A DNA stretch of 64,000 bases from Antedon mediterranea (taxonomy: Eukaryota; Animalia; Echinodermata): NCBI RefSeq assembly GCF_964355755.1, contig NC_092673.1, positions 11,008,948 to 11,072,947 of the forward strand, in the 5' to 3' direction. The translations under genes were made by a program, and so were the position numbers. Positions 24,647-38,671 of the stretch are shown piece by piece (the stretch's first letter is position 1; each line of letters starts with the position of its first letter). The notes below the pieces were generated by a model. It was not told where the DNA came from and did not search any database. It was given only the letters and a program-made list of their open reading frames with translations.

Positions 24647-26072
24647 TCAGATTTGTATGCTATTAATTTAGGAGAGAATATCTCAACTCAATAGGATAAT
24701 TTGACCCCAACCAACAACATGGAATATGTGCCAAATTCGATATCCGGGGCGAACATGCCCAAAATCGGGTTGAAGGTTAGAAATTTGTGTGTATTCTTCG
24801 ACAACCACTTGTTCAGATTCACTTTTTGTGTCAAATTTTTCAGAAGATACATATTTATATTCGGTCTAACACAACTATTAGCGAAAAAAATTACCAGAAA
24901 TGCTGTTACTGACCTTTGACTTAAAAATGATAAAAAAAAACCATTTTGTGTTAAATAATTCTTTTAAATGTCAATGGAGAAACTGTATGGTATCAAATGA
25001 AAGCATATTTTACCGATCTGCTACAGTTCCCAACAAAAAGGAGTATAGTGAAAATTTAATTTGGTTTATTTATAATATTATATAATTCTATACTGTATTT
25101 TCCAATTTTTTTAAATTAATTTTCAATACATATTGAATAATCTGTATGTACTACTAGGTAGCATGTTTTATGGGTTTCATTTGATACCAAACAGTTATTT
25201 AAAACACTAGAATTAAATTTATAATTAACCAAAATATATTTACACTAACTGTATAACACATTTTCTAAATAAGATTTATAATTTTAACTTTACAATTCAA
25301 TTGGATAGCATTATTATTTGATTGGATTTCATTTGATATGTCACATAGTTCATTAAAGCTAACAAATATTGATTTATTATACAAAATAAACCAAAATAAA
25401 TTTACTCTACTAATTGCACTTAGGTACAGTATACAGTACTCATTTTTTCCAAAAATTAATCAAATATGCACATTTTTTTTAAAATATCATAATTAGATTT
25501 TCAATACAAGTTGGGTAGCAATGGATAGAATATAATATGGGCTTTTATTTAATACCAAATAGATCTTCTAAACACTTTAATTATTTAATCATTATAAATA
25601 AACCAAAATAAATGTACACTATTTAATATATTCATTTTTGTCAAAAATTAATAAAATATGCATATTTTTAATTTTTATTCATAATTACAGATTGTCAATG
25701 CAATTTCAAAATGGCACCCAAATTGCCCTATCTCTATAACCCTTTGGTCTATTAAAATGATATTGGTATCAAAATACTTGGAACATTAATAAGCCGGCAG
25801 TATGTAATTTTGTGTGATTGTTTGTTAAAAGCAAAATTCCAGCTGATTTAGTTTCTCTAAGTTAATGTCATAAAAAACAGATGTTGCCATTTTTCTAAAA
25901 AATCTTAAGGGTATCAAATCCAAGATGGCCACCAATACGTAAAATAACCAATATATTTAACATATTGGACAAAGTAACACCCAATATGAATAATATTTTT
26001 GGGTAAAATTAATGTCATATATATAGTCTAGGACCTGGGTCAGATTTTTATGCATGTAATTTAGGAGAGAAT
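24647..26072. mobile_element. Degraded AT-rich DNA-transposon material; related sequence at 37130-37320
   Basis: ~35-bp direct repeat GTCAGATTT...AATTTAGGAGAGAATA at both edges; TGTATGGTATCAAATGAAA motif shared with 37.2 kb. Confidence 0.45.
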
Positions 26073-27159
26073 AGCTAGGTTCACATTAAAAAATTATCGT
26101 GAGTTTCATGGTGTTCTATGTGAACCTGCAGGAAGTCGTTAACATGATCTTGTTTATCACGTTAATTCCGGCTAACGTGCTCTCGGAGAGCTTGTTAATT
26201 ATCATGATATATTAGACACTGTTAATGCAGAGACGAAATTCAACCAATCAGGGCTTGGTTATTTACTTCGTCATCGGCCACCCACCGGAAGAAGTCAACA
26301 TTGTTGTTTTGATTTCTTTGACCGCCAGCTTCAACAAGTTGTTTTTGCTTTGATAGTTAAATTGCTTAGGTATAACCCACTATATCGTTTCGGACATCAA
26401 GTTAGTTAGACGATTAAAGAATGAAATACCGAAATCGAAGTCGGGAGAACGAACCAGAAATTAATGTGAAACAGCCAGGACTATTTCGAAAGCTAGACTA
26501 GACCGTCCAACCCACACTCAATCCACCACAAAGGCCATGCACGACCTTCAAAACGGCTGACACTTCTGCTATTTGCATGCACACCGCAACTTGCCTTTAT
26601 TTTGTAAACTATTAATTTTTACCACGAAATAGATAATAAAATATCGTTGTGATGCATGTGTAGATGATTCAATTTATATACTTGACGGGGAACTGATTTT
26701 TTAAACAAAGCTAATTCCTAAATAGACATCGTAAATTTCTAGGCGGAATTTTTTTTTCCCCGATTGTCTCTGGCCCCGATCAAGTAAAACACGTACTGTA
26801 TGTAAAACCTGTAAACGGTGGGGCAGGGCCTACAATACTAACTATTCTAAACCTATATATGCATATTAAATATTGAATTTCAGTAAATACATTAAAATTA
26901 AAGTACTGTAATTTAATAATAAAATATTTGATGTAGTACAGTTGTGGTGTGATTTAATAGACCAATGTATCATGTGACGGGACACTAAAAAATACATATA
27001 GCCTGGTGAATAAATTCGTCCACGTTCAATCCGTCGTGCAAATAGAGAGTGTATGGTGGAATGTTTGTTTGTGTTTATAAAAGTGATAGTGAGTGAAAGT
27101 GATTTATAAACACAATCACTTTTATAGTTAAAATCATGTGTTTTGAAACCTAAAGTTCT

Positions 27160-27543
27160 GCCAAATTAATAAATATTGATTTTGAACGTTCTTTATAACT
27201 GGCGAAATTGTAACAACTTCGGAAAGGTAAAGCTTGAGTAAGGTGAAATTACAGACGGGGCAAGTTTGTTTTCAAATTAATTCACGCTCGCTACTTAAGC
27301 CTACTTTTTGACATGACATATTTGAGGCAAAGATGCCATGGCTCATCCGCAAGAGAACCTGGACAACGCCTATTAGTTAATATTATTTGTTATCTTATAA
27401 GATAAGAAGTAGCGAGCGTGAATTAATTTGAAAACAAACTTGGCCCGTCTGTAATTTCACCTCACTCAAGCTTACCTTTCCGAAGTTGTTACAATTTTGC
27501 TAGTTATAAAGAACGTTCAAAATCAATATTTATTAATTTTGGC
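27160..27543. repeat. Long inverted repeat (~135-bp arms, ~110-bp spacer)
   Basis: 27160-27296 is the near-perfect reverse complement of 27407-27543. Confidence 0.92.
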
Positions 27544-27779
27544 CTGCTGGCTAGCTACTACATACGACATTTGTGTTTGGCTTTTCACGCATCGGTGCAC
27601 CTCATTGCATACTTATATCACGATGTTAAATATAAAAAACGTGGCTAATATCTCAAATGTTATAGGATAATTTGATCTAGACTATACCCTCAGCCTAGGG
27701 TAGGTATAAAAAAAATACAACATAATTAATATCTGAAAGTGATAAAACCGTAAAAATTGGTTCAAAATGTTTGTTAAAT

Positions 27780-29075
27780 TTACCAAGATCTTCCAAATAC
27801 TTGAATTTTTTAATTTATATATAAACCAAAATAAATTTGCAAAGATTCTTGAAACAATTAAAAAGTAATGGGGAAATTGATCAAGTAATTTATAAGAAAA
27901 TGTATCCCAATGGTTCACAACCCGCTAGGATGTATGGCTTGCCTAAGATGCACAAAACCCGTCCTCCCAATTCCACACCTAAATTTTGACCAATAGTTTC
28001 TTCTATTGGCGCTGTCAATTATAATCTGGCGAAATTTTTATGCGAATTACTTATTCCGGTATTACCTAATCAATATGTGGCGACTGATTCATTCACATTT
28101 GTGAAGGAAATCCAACATGTTGACACTTTGCACAAATGTATGGTGTCATTTGATGTTGTTAGTTTGTTCACGGACATCCCCCTGTTTGAATGCAATAACA
28201 TTGCTGTTGACTATATCACTAATGATGTCAATTATAATATGAGCTTAAACAAAAGAGATTTACGCAAATTGTTTTTACTTGCTACGGAAAAAACCAATTT
28301 CATATTCAATGGTGATATTTATGATCAAATAGACGGTGTGTCAATGGGATCCCCACTTGCACCTGTTTTAGCCAATTTATTTATGGGTCATCATGAACTA
28401 ACATGGTTAAAAAACTTTTCACAGGCTTCGGTCATGTTTTACCGTCGTTAGGTTGATGACATTTTTTGTTTATTCAATACAAAAGATGATGTACTTTCTT
28501 TGACTATATTAACGATCAGCACCCCAACATAAAGTTCACAATTGAATATGAGATTGACCATTGTCTTCCATTTTTAGATATAATGTTAAACGATAATGGT
28601 TCTTCTGTCATAACTTCGGTCTTCAGAAAGCCTACCTTCACGGGTCTCCTCACTAATTTTAACAGTTTCACTTCCTTTTCTTACAAAATTGGGCTTGTTC
28701 ATACTTTGATTGACAGAGTTTACAAATTGAATAATTCCTGGTCTAGCTTTAACAATGACATTTCAACTCTTAATACCATTTTAAGTAAAAACTGTTTTCC
28801 ACTCAGTATAATTAATGACAATATTTACAGATATCTTAGTAATATTTTTTCTCCTTGCAATGTTGCGTCAGTTGAGTCGATTATTGAACAAAACAAGGTT
28901 CTTTATTTTAAATTTCCTTACTTACAGTTTGCCAAATGCGCACAACAAAGAATCGACAAAATTACACGTAAATATTGCAAAGGTATTAATATTAAATTAG
29001 CTTTCAAATCATTCAAAATTTCAAACTTGTTTAGTCTTAAGGACCCGTCCCTGATGTGTTCCGCTCTCGTTTTCA
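27780..29075 (+). mobile_element. Penelope-like element RT, degraded, cut before GIY-YIG
   Basis: YGLPKMHK, SFDVVSLFT, QIDGVSMGSPLAPVLANLFM, YRR*VDD, HPNIKFT, LPFLDI. Confidence 0.92.
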
Positions 29076-29659
29076 TTTGATACCAAATAGTTACTACAAA
29101 CACTTACAGTAAATTATTTAATATTATATAAATACACATTTTTGTGTAATTCAAAAGAAATGATTACTCAGAGCGGTGTCGTATCGGTTGGCCTGAGTGA
29201 CCACTGCCTTATTTACTGTACTAGGAAAAAAATGAAACTTAAAAATAACAATCATAATACTTTAAAGATCCGATCCCTTAAAAAATATAATGTGAACGAT
29301 TATAAGTCAAAATTAAACGATGTAACTTGGAATGAAATTGAAATTATTCCTGATGTTAATTTTGCCTGAAATTATTTTAAAGAAACATTGACTAATATTA
29401 TTGACAAAGTTGCCCCTGTCAAAGAAGTAAGAATTAAACACAAAACAGAACCGAAATAAGGTCCAACGTGATATAAAAACCGCTAAGTCTAACTTCTATC
29501 TTAAAAAAATTAATGAAAACAGAAATAATCCTAAAAAGCTATGGAAATACCTTAAGGACATTGGCTATAGTACTATCTAAGAGGAAAGAATGTAATAATT
29601 ATTTTTTAGATATTGATGGTAACGCATGTTTTGATAATTGTACTATATCTAATTATTTT

Positions 29660-29956
29660 AATGACTATTTTACAAATATTGCATCTGACCTTGTATCCGA
29701 ACTACCTATGTGCAATAATTATATTTTTGATACTAGTTCTGAGAATTTAAATCTTTTTATAATTCTAGAAACCATATTTCATGAACTAAACAAACTAAAC
29801 GCTAATAAATGACTATTTTACAAATATTGCATCTGACCTTGTATCCGAACTACCTATGTGCAATAATTATATTTTTGATACTAGTTTTGAGAATTTTAAA
29901 TCTTTTTATAATTCTAGAAACCATATTTCATGAACTAAACAAACTAAACGCTAATA
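29660..29956. repeat. ~148-bp tandem duplication within the LINE
   Basis: Two adjacent copies starting AATGACTATTTTAC. Confidence 0.9.
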
Positions 29957-30927
29957 AAGGACCAGGACTCGATAATCTTCCAGCCAAATTCTTAAAAGAT
30001 GGCGCGATTATCCTTAAGAAGCCTGTAACACAGGGGTGGCGCCATGATCTTCCCGACGCGGGGGCTACATTCCCCGACGAGGGGGCTATGCGAGCGAAGC
30101 GAGCATCACTAGGCTGGAGGCCAGGGGGCCGCCAAGGGCCCCCGGCGGGGGTCCAGAGGGGCAAATCCCCCGGAAGCAACGCGTTCTAGCGTCATTTGAG
30201 GTCATTTTAATCAGATTTAGGGTAGCCATTTTTTCCATTTTTTATAATGCATAAATTAGACTAGGCTATGAATGAGGTAGGTGCCACCCGGAGAGGTAGA
30301 AATTCTCATATAACTTTTCTAGACCAGTTTTTTCTGGGGAATCCAAATATATTTGGTAAACGGGCTGTAACCTGAGAACTTTCGCGTGAGGGCGCTTTTT
30401 TCAAAATGGCTGCCAGTTACAGTAGACTATGATATCTTGGCAACCACTGGTCATAGAGAGTTGATTTTGGTGTCAAATTGTTTGGAATGTACATGTTCCT
30501 ATTTGATGTAATAGAAAATTTTGTCAGAAAATGGCCGGAAATACCTCTATTGACCTTTGACCCAATATCTAACAGATATCATATCTCCGTAACTACTGGA
30601 CACAGAAAGTTGTAATTGGTGTCAAACTCTCCAGAATATAGATGTTTATATTCAAACTAATAGAACATTATCTGTAAAAATAACCGGAAATAACGTTACT
30701 GACCTTTGACCCAAAATGCAAGACATTTCTCCTATCTGATCACGTTAATCCTGTCAATTAATTCATTTTGTGCCAATTGGAGGTTGACATTCTCATATTA
30801 TTTTCTTGACCAGTTTTTCATGTGCAATCCGAGTAATATGAGATAAATAAGCCATAACAAGGCCAAGAATTTAATTCTTTTACTACATACATGCTTCCCT
30901 TTAGTGTTTCAGTCTGTATGTCGTGTA

Positions 30928-31937
30928 TTAATCTTCAAGATCGCTCACATCACTGCAATCTGAAAAGTCTTCATATTCATTATGTGTAAACAGTTCCTGG
31001 ACATCAGTGGGCATCACTGTCTCAATCCATTTAGGCTCCATTTGTTCGTTCCATCCATTGTGTGTACTGTTGTTGACAAAACCATTGACGTCTGCTGATT
31101 GCCATTCTTTAGTAATGAAGTGTGCTCTAAGTATATGAAACTCAAGGGTCTGCTGACATAGTGGCAGTAATGATATATCTGTAATCTTGTTGAGTCTGGA
31201 AAACTTTCTGTTGAAGATATCATATCTTCCTTGATTTACACTTTTCCCCTTCACTCCATACAATGGTGAAACATACTCTTCAAGTTCCTCATACAACTCT
31301 TTTGATGGAACATCTGACACTCCAAGGTTGCAGAATGTGTCAACACATTTTGCTTTTGATTCCAGAAGCTTCCAGCAGGTACGTTTTCCTTTCCGAACGA
31401 AAGCGGAGTTATACTCGTTACCTGTGAAAGCATGGAATCCAATAAGGGATGATTTCTGCGCTTTTGTTAAATCAATGTCACTCAATTTCAGTACATTTCG
31501 GTATTTCCCAGTGTTTGTATCAATAATTACCCTCTGCCCATCACCCTATGAAATGAGATAGTGAAATGACTGGAATGTCAAAGTCTCCAGAATGGGAACG
31601 AATTATTGCTACGCCTTGATTGTTATTTGTTAAAGCATGCTTTGCATGCAGGATGACTTTCGTGTCGGCTTCTTCTTGGCTACTATTAAGCTCCGGAACC
31701 AATACAACATCTCAGTTAGTAACGTAGATGCATTCTTTGTACGATGAAAAGTAGATAACATCACTCCTCATATCTGTTAGAATGCTTTCTTTCTTTGACA
31801 CTAGTACACAGCGAATAAGCTCAATCAATCTGGTCTTGTTCTCGCCGTTGGCAAGGAAATTGTTAAAATCACGGGGCAACTTTGATATTTTTGAGCTTAC
31901 AATTACTTTTGGTGCAATACCGCGTCTGTTTCTCGCA
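30928..31937 (-). pseudogene. Academ transposase, C-terminal part
   Basis: QEEADTKVILHAKH, LIGFHAFTGNEYNSAF..KGK..CW, LPLCQQTLEFHILRA, GW; frameshifted. Confidence 0.85.
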
Positions 31938-32469
31938 GTGCTCGACCAGGATCCATAACATCATCTCACTTTATTTTCGAATAGTGGGAAGAAACTCGAA
32001 ATCAAGGCAAATGGGAAAGTAAGAGTAATATAAGCTAATCGGGATGTTTTAGGAAAGCTTCTTGCCACCTCAACAAAGCATGGTAGAATAATTGACTTTA
32101 AGAAAGCCTTTGAGTATCCACTTACCCCTGTCCCGCTAAGCCTTGCTAATGCAGATGGGACAAGACGAACAACTCAGAAAAGTGTCCTAATGGAAATTCT
32201 CATTGAAAGTTCAACAGATGTTATAGATCCTGGTCGGGCACTGCCAGCAAAGGCTACTGTCATTGCCTATGTTGTTGACTTACCCTGATACGTACGAGGA
32301 TCTTGTAGCAAAGGTTTTCAACAGCATCCCTAAAGGATACAAGCGTGTTGATATTGTTACCGATGCATACCTGCCAAAAAGCATTAAGTCTGTTGAGAGA
32401 AACATACGCGGTATTGCACCAAAAGTAATTGTAAGCTCAAAAATATCAAAGTTGCCCCGTGATTTTAAT
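31938..32469 (+). pseudogene. Academ transposase, inverted central fragment
   Basis: NRDVLGKLL...YPLTPVPLSLANADG...RVDIVTDAY..SIKSVER; its end is the reverse complement of 31863-31923. Confidence 0.85.
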
Positions 32470-33661
32470 TGGTACAATAGTCTCACCAGAATATGTTTTC
32501 AACCTAATTGTAGTTTTCTGTAATGGTAACGACTGGAATGCTTTCTTGTAGGTCAACTCTGGAATCAGTGATACTGATGATCCAGTGTTCAATTCCATAG
32601 GGAATTTTCTTTCCATTTATAGATGCAACCACTATAATTGGCTCCACTTTTGACTTATGATTTGCATATAGCATAGGTTCATAGTTGACTTCCTCTCTCT
32701 GTACATACTGTACATTCTTTTTAAGGTTACCAGTGTTAGGCTTTGACACATTATTGTCTTTCTTTTTCTTCATGCATACTTTTTCTAGATGTCCTTCCTT
32801 GGAACAGTAATTGCAAACAGTATGTATGTGCCTGCAGCGATTAGCTTTATGGCCTGTATTACCACATCTGTAACAGTGTGTAGATGCTTTACTTTGTTTA
32901 TGACCTTGGTGTCTTTTAGATTGGTAATTTTTTGTAGTAAACTTATTTACATTGCTCTCACCTGTAGTATTTGGTGTCCTTGTTTTCTGAAATTCTGTAG
33001 CATCACGACTTGCTGTTTCCATAGCTACAGCGGTTTTAATTGCATCATCTAATTTAAGGTCATGAACCGCCAGTAAACGTTTCTGAATGTTCTCTTGACG
33101 CAACCCGCAGACGAAAATGTCTCGCAGTGTCGAGGTCAAAGTGTTTCCGAAATTGCAATGAATGGCTAACCTTCGTAGTTCAGCAATGTATGAAGCAATG
33201 CTTTCCCCGCTATGCTGTTCTCTTTTGTAGAACCGAAATCGTTCCGCGATTTCCGATGGCTTTGGGCAAAGATGTGTCGTGAGCATTGTAATTAAATCTG
33301 CGTAAGACAGTGTCGCTGGTTTCTCCGGTGAACACAAATTCTTTAGTAGCGTGTACGTTTTCGGTCCGATGAGTGCAAGCAATGCCGGTACCTTCCGATC
33401 ATCATCGACCTTGTTGGCTACAAAATATTGATCTAACCGTTCAGTATACGAATCCCAAGCTTCTAAAGATGAATCAAATTCTTCCACCTTTCCTATTATA
33501 ACTGCCATGCTCATCTTCGTCGCCAAAATTTATGTTGTATATAGTAAATTATAATGTAAAGTAAGGGCTCTAAACACAGCGTGTACAACTCAACATTTAT
33601 TCAGAGGAGAGAGAACAATTATGGCACGCCAAAGGCGTCGTTACAACATGCATATATAACA
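32470..33661 (-). mobile_element. 5' part of a Gypsy element (LTR 33533-33661, PBS, gag, start of protease)
   Basis: 129-bp TGTT...AACA LTR with AATAAA, PBS TGGCGACGA, gag WDSYTERL / LRDIFVCGL, two zinc knuckles. Confidence 0.9.
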
Positions 33662-34469
33662 GCGCCCTCACGCAAAAGTTCTCAGGTTACAGCCCGTTTA
33701 CCCAATATATTTGGATTCCCCAGAAAAAACTGGTCTAGAAAAGTCATATGAGAATTTCTACCTCTCCGGGTGGCACCTACCTCATTCATAGCCTAGTCTA
33801 AATAAAGTACTGCGTGCAAAAAAACGATGCGCGATGACTGTTTCAATCCATATTTTTCAATTTAAAAAATAAAAGTTCAAAGAAAATTTAGAAAAATAGA
33901 GTTGGAGGTCCCGGAAATTGGACTTATTATACTTCAAAACATGAAACAAAATATATAAGTCCCTATCATGGTTGTGACTGAGCTAAGAAATGTTTGAAAA
34001 ATAGATATGTTAGGTCCCGGAAAATGCACTTCTTGTACTTCGAAATATGACCAGCTTTATTATTGGGGCTGAGCTAAGAAACTGTTTAAAACTAGAGCTG
34101 CAGGTCTTCAAAAAATTGCATTTTATACTTTGGAAACATCAGGCCTAGAGGCTTAAAAAACGCAAGCGTAGACCTTTTTCAGTCGGGGAAATAAGTTTAT
34201 TCCTCCCAAGTGTATGCGTGCGTACCACCATCTGGACTTCCGAGTGGTGAGAAATTCATGACATACAGGACATTGAAAATGTAATAACTTAGCTATAATG
34301 TTGGCTAAGCGAAAATGGCATGTTTTTTTGTTTAGAATGGATGAAAAATGTATTTTAGGTGCCCCACGGTAGAGAAGGTTACTTGTAAATTAAAAAATTG
34401 GTGCAACATACGAACAATTAACATAATTCGTTTTTGCTGTAGTGTAGCGTACGTCGACGCCGTACACGA

Positions 34470-35445
34470 CGTAACGGTCAGTAAACTTCGCCTGGAAAAT
34501 AACTACAGTACACATTTTTGGTCCCTGGATGGAACATGATATCACGCGTCTCGACCCAACGTTGAACGATTCGTACAAAGGGATACCGCCAGACAAGTGC
34601 GAACCTAGCTATTGTTTAGTAGTAAGTTAGATCGCTGGCAATAATGGATGCATATAAAGTGCATAATATCACTCTGACGTACTCTCACAGTCAATGAAAC
34701 GTCGCGGTTTTCTAGGCGCTGAAGCTAGCTACGAAGTGAACGCGAACGCTTTTTACTGTATATTATATTCCCCGACAAAAAGTACCCGTGTTCCCTTCGG
34801 TAACCGTCGGTAAACTTCGCCTGGAAAATAACTACATTACACATTTTGGTCCCTGGATGGAACTTGATATCACGCGTCTCGACCCCCAACGTTGAACGAT
34901 TCGTACAAAGGGATACCGCCAGACAAGTGCGAACCTAACTATTGTTTAGTAGTAAGTTAGATCGCTGGCAATAATGAATGCATATAAAGTGCATAATATC
35001 ACTCTGACGTACTCTCACGGTCAATGAAACGTCGCGGTTTTCTAGGCGCTGAAGCTAGCTACGAAGTGAACGCGAACGCTTTTTACTGTATATTATATTC
35101 CCCGACAAAAAGTACCCGTGTTCCCTTCGGTAACCGTCGGTAAACTTTGCCTGGAAAATAACTACATTACACATTTTGGTCCCTGGATGGAACTTGATAT
35201 CATGCGTCTCGACCCCCAACGTTGAACGATTCGTACAAAGGGATACCGCCAGACAAGTGCGAACCTAACTATTGTTTAGTAGTAAGTTAGATCGCTGGCA
35301 ATAATGAATGCATATAAAGTGCATAATATCACTCTGACGTACTCTCACGGTCAATGAAACGTCGCGGTTTTCTAGGCGCTGAAGCTAGCTACGAAGTGAA
35401 CGCGAACGCTTTTTACTGTATATTAGTATTCCCCGACAAAAAGTA
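34470..35445. repeat. Three tandem copies of a ~330-bp unit inside the hAT element
   Basis: GTAAACTT(C/T)GCCTGGAAAATAACTAC at ~34481, ~34810 and ~35140. Confidence 0.93.
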
Positions 35446-37474
35446 TCCCCGACGAGGGGGCTAGAGCCCCCGTAGCCCCCCCGCTGGCGCCACCACTGCT
35501 GTAACATATATTGTAAACCAATCTATAAGTAAAAAAGTAGTTCCAAATGATATGAAAACGGCGAAGGTTTTGCCTCTTCATAAGAAAGGTTCGAAAGATA
35601 ATGTGAAGAACTACAGACCCATTAGTATTTTAAGTAGCATGTCTAAACTCTTTAGAAAGAGTGGTTTATGATCAACTCGAAAATTACTTGTTTGAAAATA
35701 ACTTACTTTATGAATTTCAAAGTGGTTTTAGAAGAACTTTCTCTACCGACTCAACCCTCATTCACTTAAACAATTTTATTAGAACACAGATTTCAAAAGG
35801 CAATTATGTTGGCATGGTCATGCTTGACCTGCAAAAAGCCTTCGATACAGTCGACCATTCTATTCTGTGTAAAAAATTAGAAGCAATGCGGGTTCGGTCG
35901 GTAGAGTTCCAGTCTTATTTATATAATAGAAGACAGATTGTTTGTATCGATGGAAATTTTTCAAAACCCAAACTTTGTACACATGGAGTTCCACAAGGTA
36001 GCATATTAGGTCCGCTTCTGTTTGTATGTTACATTAATGATATGTTAATATGCATTGAAAATGACTGTAAATTGTTATTATATGCTGATGATAGCGCAAT
36101 GTTGGTGGCCCATCGTGACCCAGTATATATTTCCAATAAACTAGGGCATAATATGGAAGTATGCAATAACTGGCTGGTTGAAAATAAATTATCTATGCAC
36201 CCACAAAAAACGGAGTGCATCATTTTTGGATCCAAAAAGAAATTAAAGAATATTGAACAATTTGAAGTCCTCTATGGACAGACCATCCATAGTTGTTGCA
36301 ATTCCATAAAATACCTTGGTCTACAAATAGATAATTGTGTGTCTAATGAAGAATATGTTAACAATATAATTAAAAAAGCAAATTCCAGATTAAACTTCAT
36401 GTACAGACAGGCTAGCTGTTTGGACATGCAAAGTCGTAAGCTGTTATGCACGGCGTTAATCCAAAGTATTTTCGATTATGCTGTCTCGTCCTGGTATTGT
36501 GGTATCAGTACTGTCCTGAAAAATAAACTACAAGTAACACAAAACAAAATGGTGAAATTTATTCTCGATCTCGCCCCTAGGGCACATGTTGGTCAGGCCG
36601 AACTTGCCGTTACTGGATACCTGAAAATAAGCGATAGGGTTAAGTATATTAGACTAATCTACGCTTTCAAAATATACCACGATATTGAAGCTCCATATCT
36701 TAATGAACATTTTATAAAAATTTCTGATCGGCACACTCATAGTACAAGGAAATCCAATGTAAACTTTGTAATTCCAAATATTAAAGGCCAAGCCTCTAAA
36801 ACATTTTATTATAATGCTATTAGAGACTGGAATGATCTACGTACCTTCCGATATTAAGAGTATACACAAATTAATTGAATATAAACGTGCGTTAAAGGTT
36901 CACTTTGGTATTGTGCATTTACCATACTGATGATTGTATTTTGTATATGGATGTTTCTATTTATTGTATTAGTATGCATTTATAATGTACACATTATTAT
37001 ATAACTTGCTTGTTTAATGGACCCCATTGGAATTAAGCTGTTTCAGCTTTATGGGTCATCCTGGTATTTTTGTTGTGTTTCTTGAGTACCAAATAAAACA
37101 AACAAACAAACAAACAAACATAACAATTATGCTACCAAATATTCATTTTTTGTATAAAAGTATAAATCAACATTTTCCATACAATTAGCTTCATAATTAA
37201 CAATTTTCAATACAAGTTGGGTAGCAATGGGTAGCCTATTGTGTATGGTTTCATTTGATACCATACAGTTTGTCCATTGACATTTTAAGGAATAATTTAA
37301 CCCAAAAATGTGTTTTTTTATATTCGGAAAGGCTGCAGGCATACTGGAAAGCCTTCTCTAAAAGTTCATCTTTATTACCTTAAAAAGGATATAAATTTCT
37401 CACTACAATTACTATTATACCCAGAAGATTTATTCATGTGAAAGGCCACAAAAGGTCTGATGGGCTGATTATGT

Positions 37475-38671
37475 AGATATATAAGAGGCATCGTTCTAAT
37501 CTGGTTTAGAAATTATTTAAGTGGCCGCAAACAATATGTTTATGCCAATGACAGCTCATCATCTTTAAAAAACACCAATATAGGGGTGCCACAGGGCTCT
37601 GTTTTAGGACCACTTTTGTTTTTGATCTACATCAATGATATAAGTCGAGCAAGTAGTAAAATAGATATAATCAGTTTTGCCGACGACACAACTTGTATAA
37701 CAAGGGGAGATGACCCTACAATGTTAAACAATATTATTAATATCGAACTAGAAAAAAATAAACGTATGGCTTAAGGCAAATAAGCTGTTATTGAATGTCA
37801 GCAAAACAACTACGTTGTTTTTAGAACTACCCAAAAGTACATTGACAAAAACCAGTTTGAAATAAAAAAAAAGTGTAATTTTAAACAAAAATCTTAACTG
37901 GAAACATCACATACAGCTTATTAGGAAAAAAATGTCTAGGGCAACTGGTATACTTTTAAAAGTAAGAGAATTCTTTCCTCATAAAGTCCGTATTAGTTTG
38001 TATAACACCTTAGTATTACCTCGCCTTCAGTATGGTAACTTAATATGGGGAAATACATACAAGAGCATGTTAGAAGCAATACTAAAACTCCAAAAGAGAG
38101 CTGTAAAATGCATTACCTTCCCTAAACTCAGACAAGCCTCAGAGCCACTGTTTAAGAAACTAAAAATATTAAACGTTTATGATATTCACAAAGTAAACGT
38201 CATAGGATTTATGACAAACATAAAATTTAATGAATTACCACATCATATTTTAAATATTTTTAATAACTGTGACACTATTAGGCCTACTCATAACCTCAGA
38301 ACAGAAACTGAATTCGAAATTCCCTTCACAAGACTAACTTGCAGTCAACAGTTTATACACATATATGGACCAAAATTGTGGAAAGAATTCACTTATAATG
38401 GTGATAATAAACCGGTTATTTTAAAGAAACAAAATGAATGTATAAAAAAACAGGTCAAAAAATACTTTTTATCACTATATGCTGATTAACACCTTTGTTT
38501 ATGGGAAATGACTGTTTTATCTAAGTTATACAGTACTTTACTTATATTGTTCTTATGTAAAAGGGTCCTACAAAAAAACGAACCTTTTTTATGCAGGATC
38601 CTTGTTATCAGTTGTATTGCAATTATGACGTAATTGATGACTAAATAAATATGGAATAAATGAAATGAAAT
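37475..38671 (+). mobile_element. 5'-truncated L2/CR1-group LINE
   Basis: WFRNYLSGRKQ, GVPQGSVLGP, FADDT, LQKRAV; 3' stem-loop and (TGAAA)n tail. Confidence 0.9.

Larger units (their letters stand above)
30257..33800 (-). mobile_element. Academ transposon, rearranged
   Basis: TAG...CTA termini, ~140-bp TIRs, 3-bp TSD AAT; transposase motifs EEADTKVILHA and FHAFTG. Confidence 0.9.
30031..35498. mobile_element. Non-autonomous hAT element
   Basis: 8-bp TSD CTGTAACA (30023-30030, 35499-35506); TIR CAG(G/T)GGTGGCGCCA. Confidence 0.93.
29110..37120 (+). mobile_element. L2/CR1-group LINE split by a 5.5-kb hAT insertion
   Basis: GLSDHCLIY, GPGLDNLP, NYRPISIL, LDLQKAFDTVDH, GVPQGSILGP, YADD; 3' stem-loop and (AAAC)n tail. 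Removing the hAT restores LKKPVTYIVN. Confidence 0.93.

Noticed and set aside
32504-33526. Domesticated gag gene
   Set aside because: Retains LTR and PBS and runs into a frameshifted protease; no evidence of host function.
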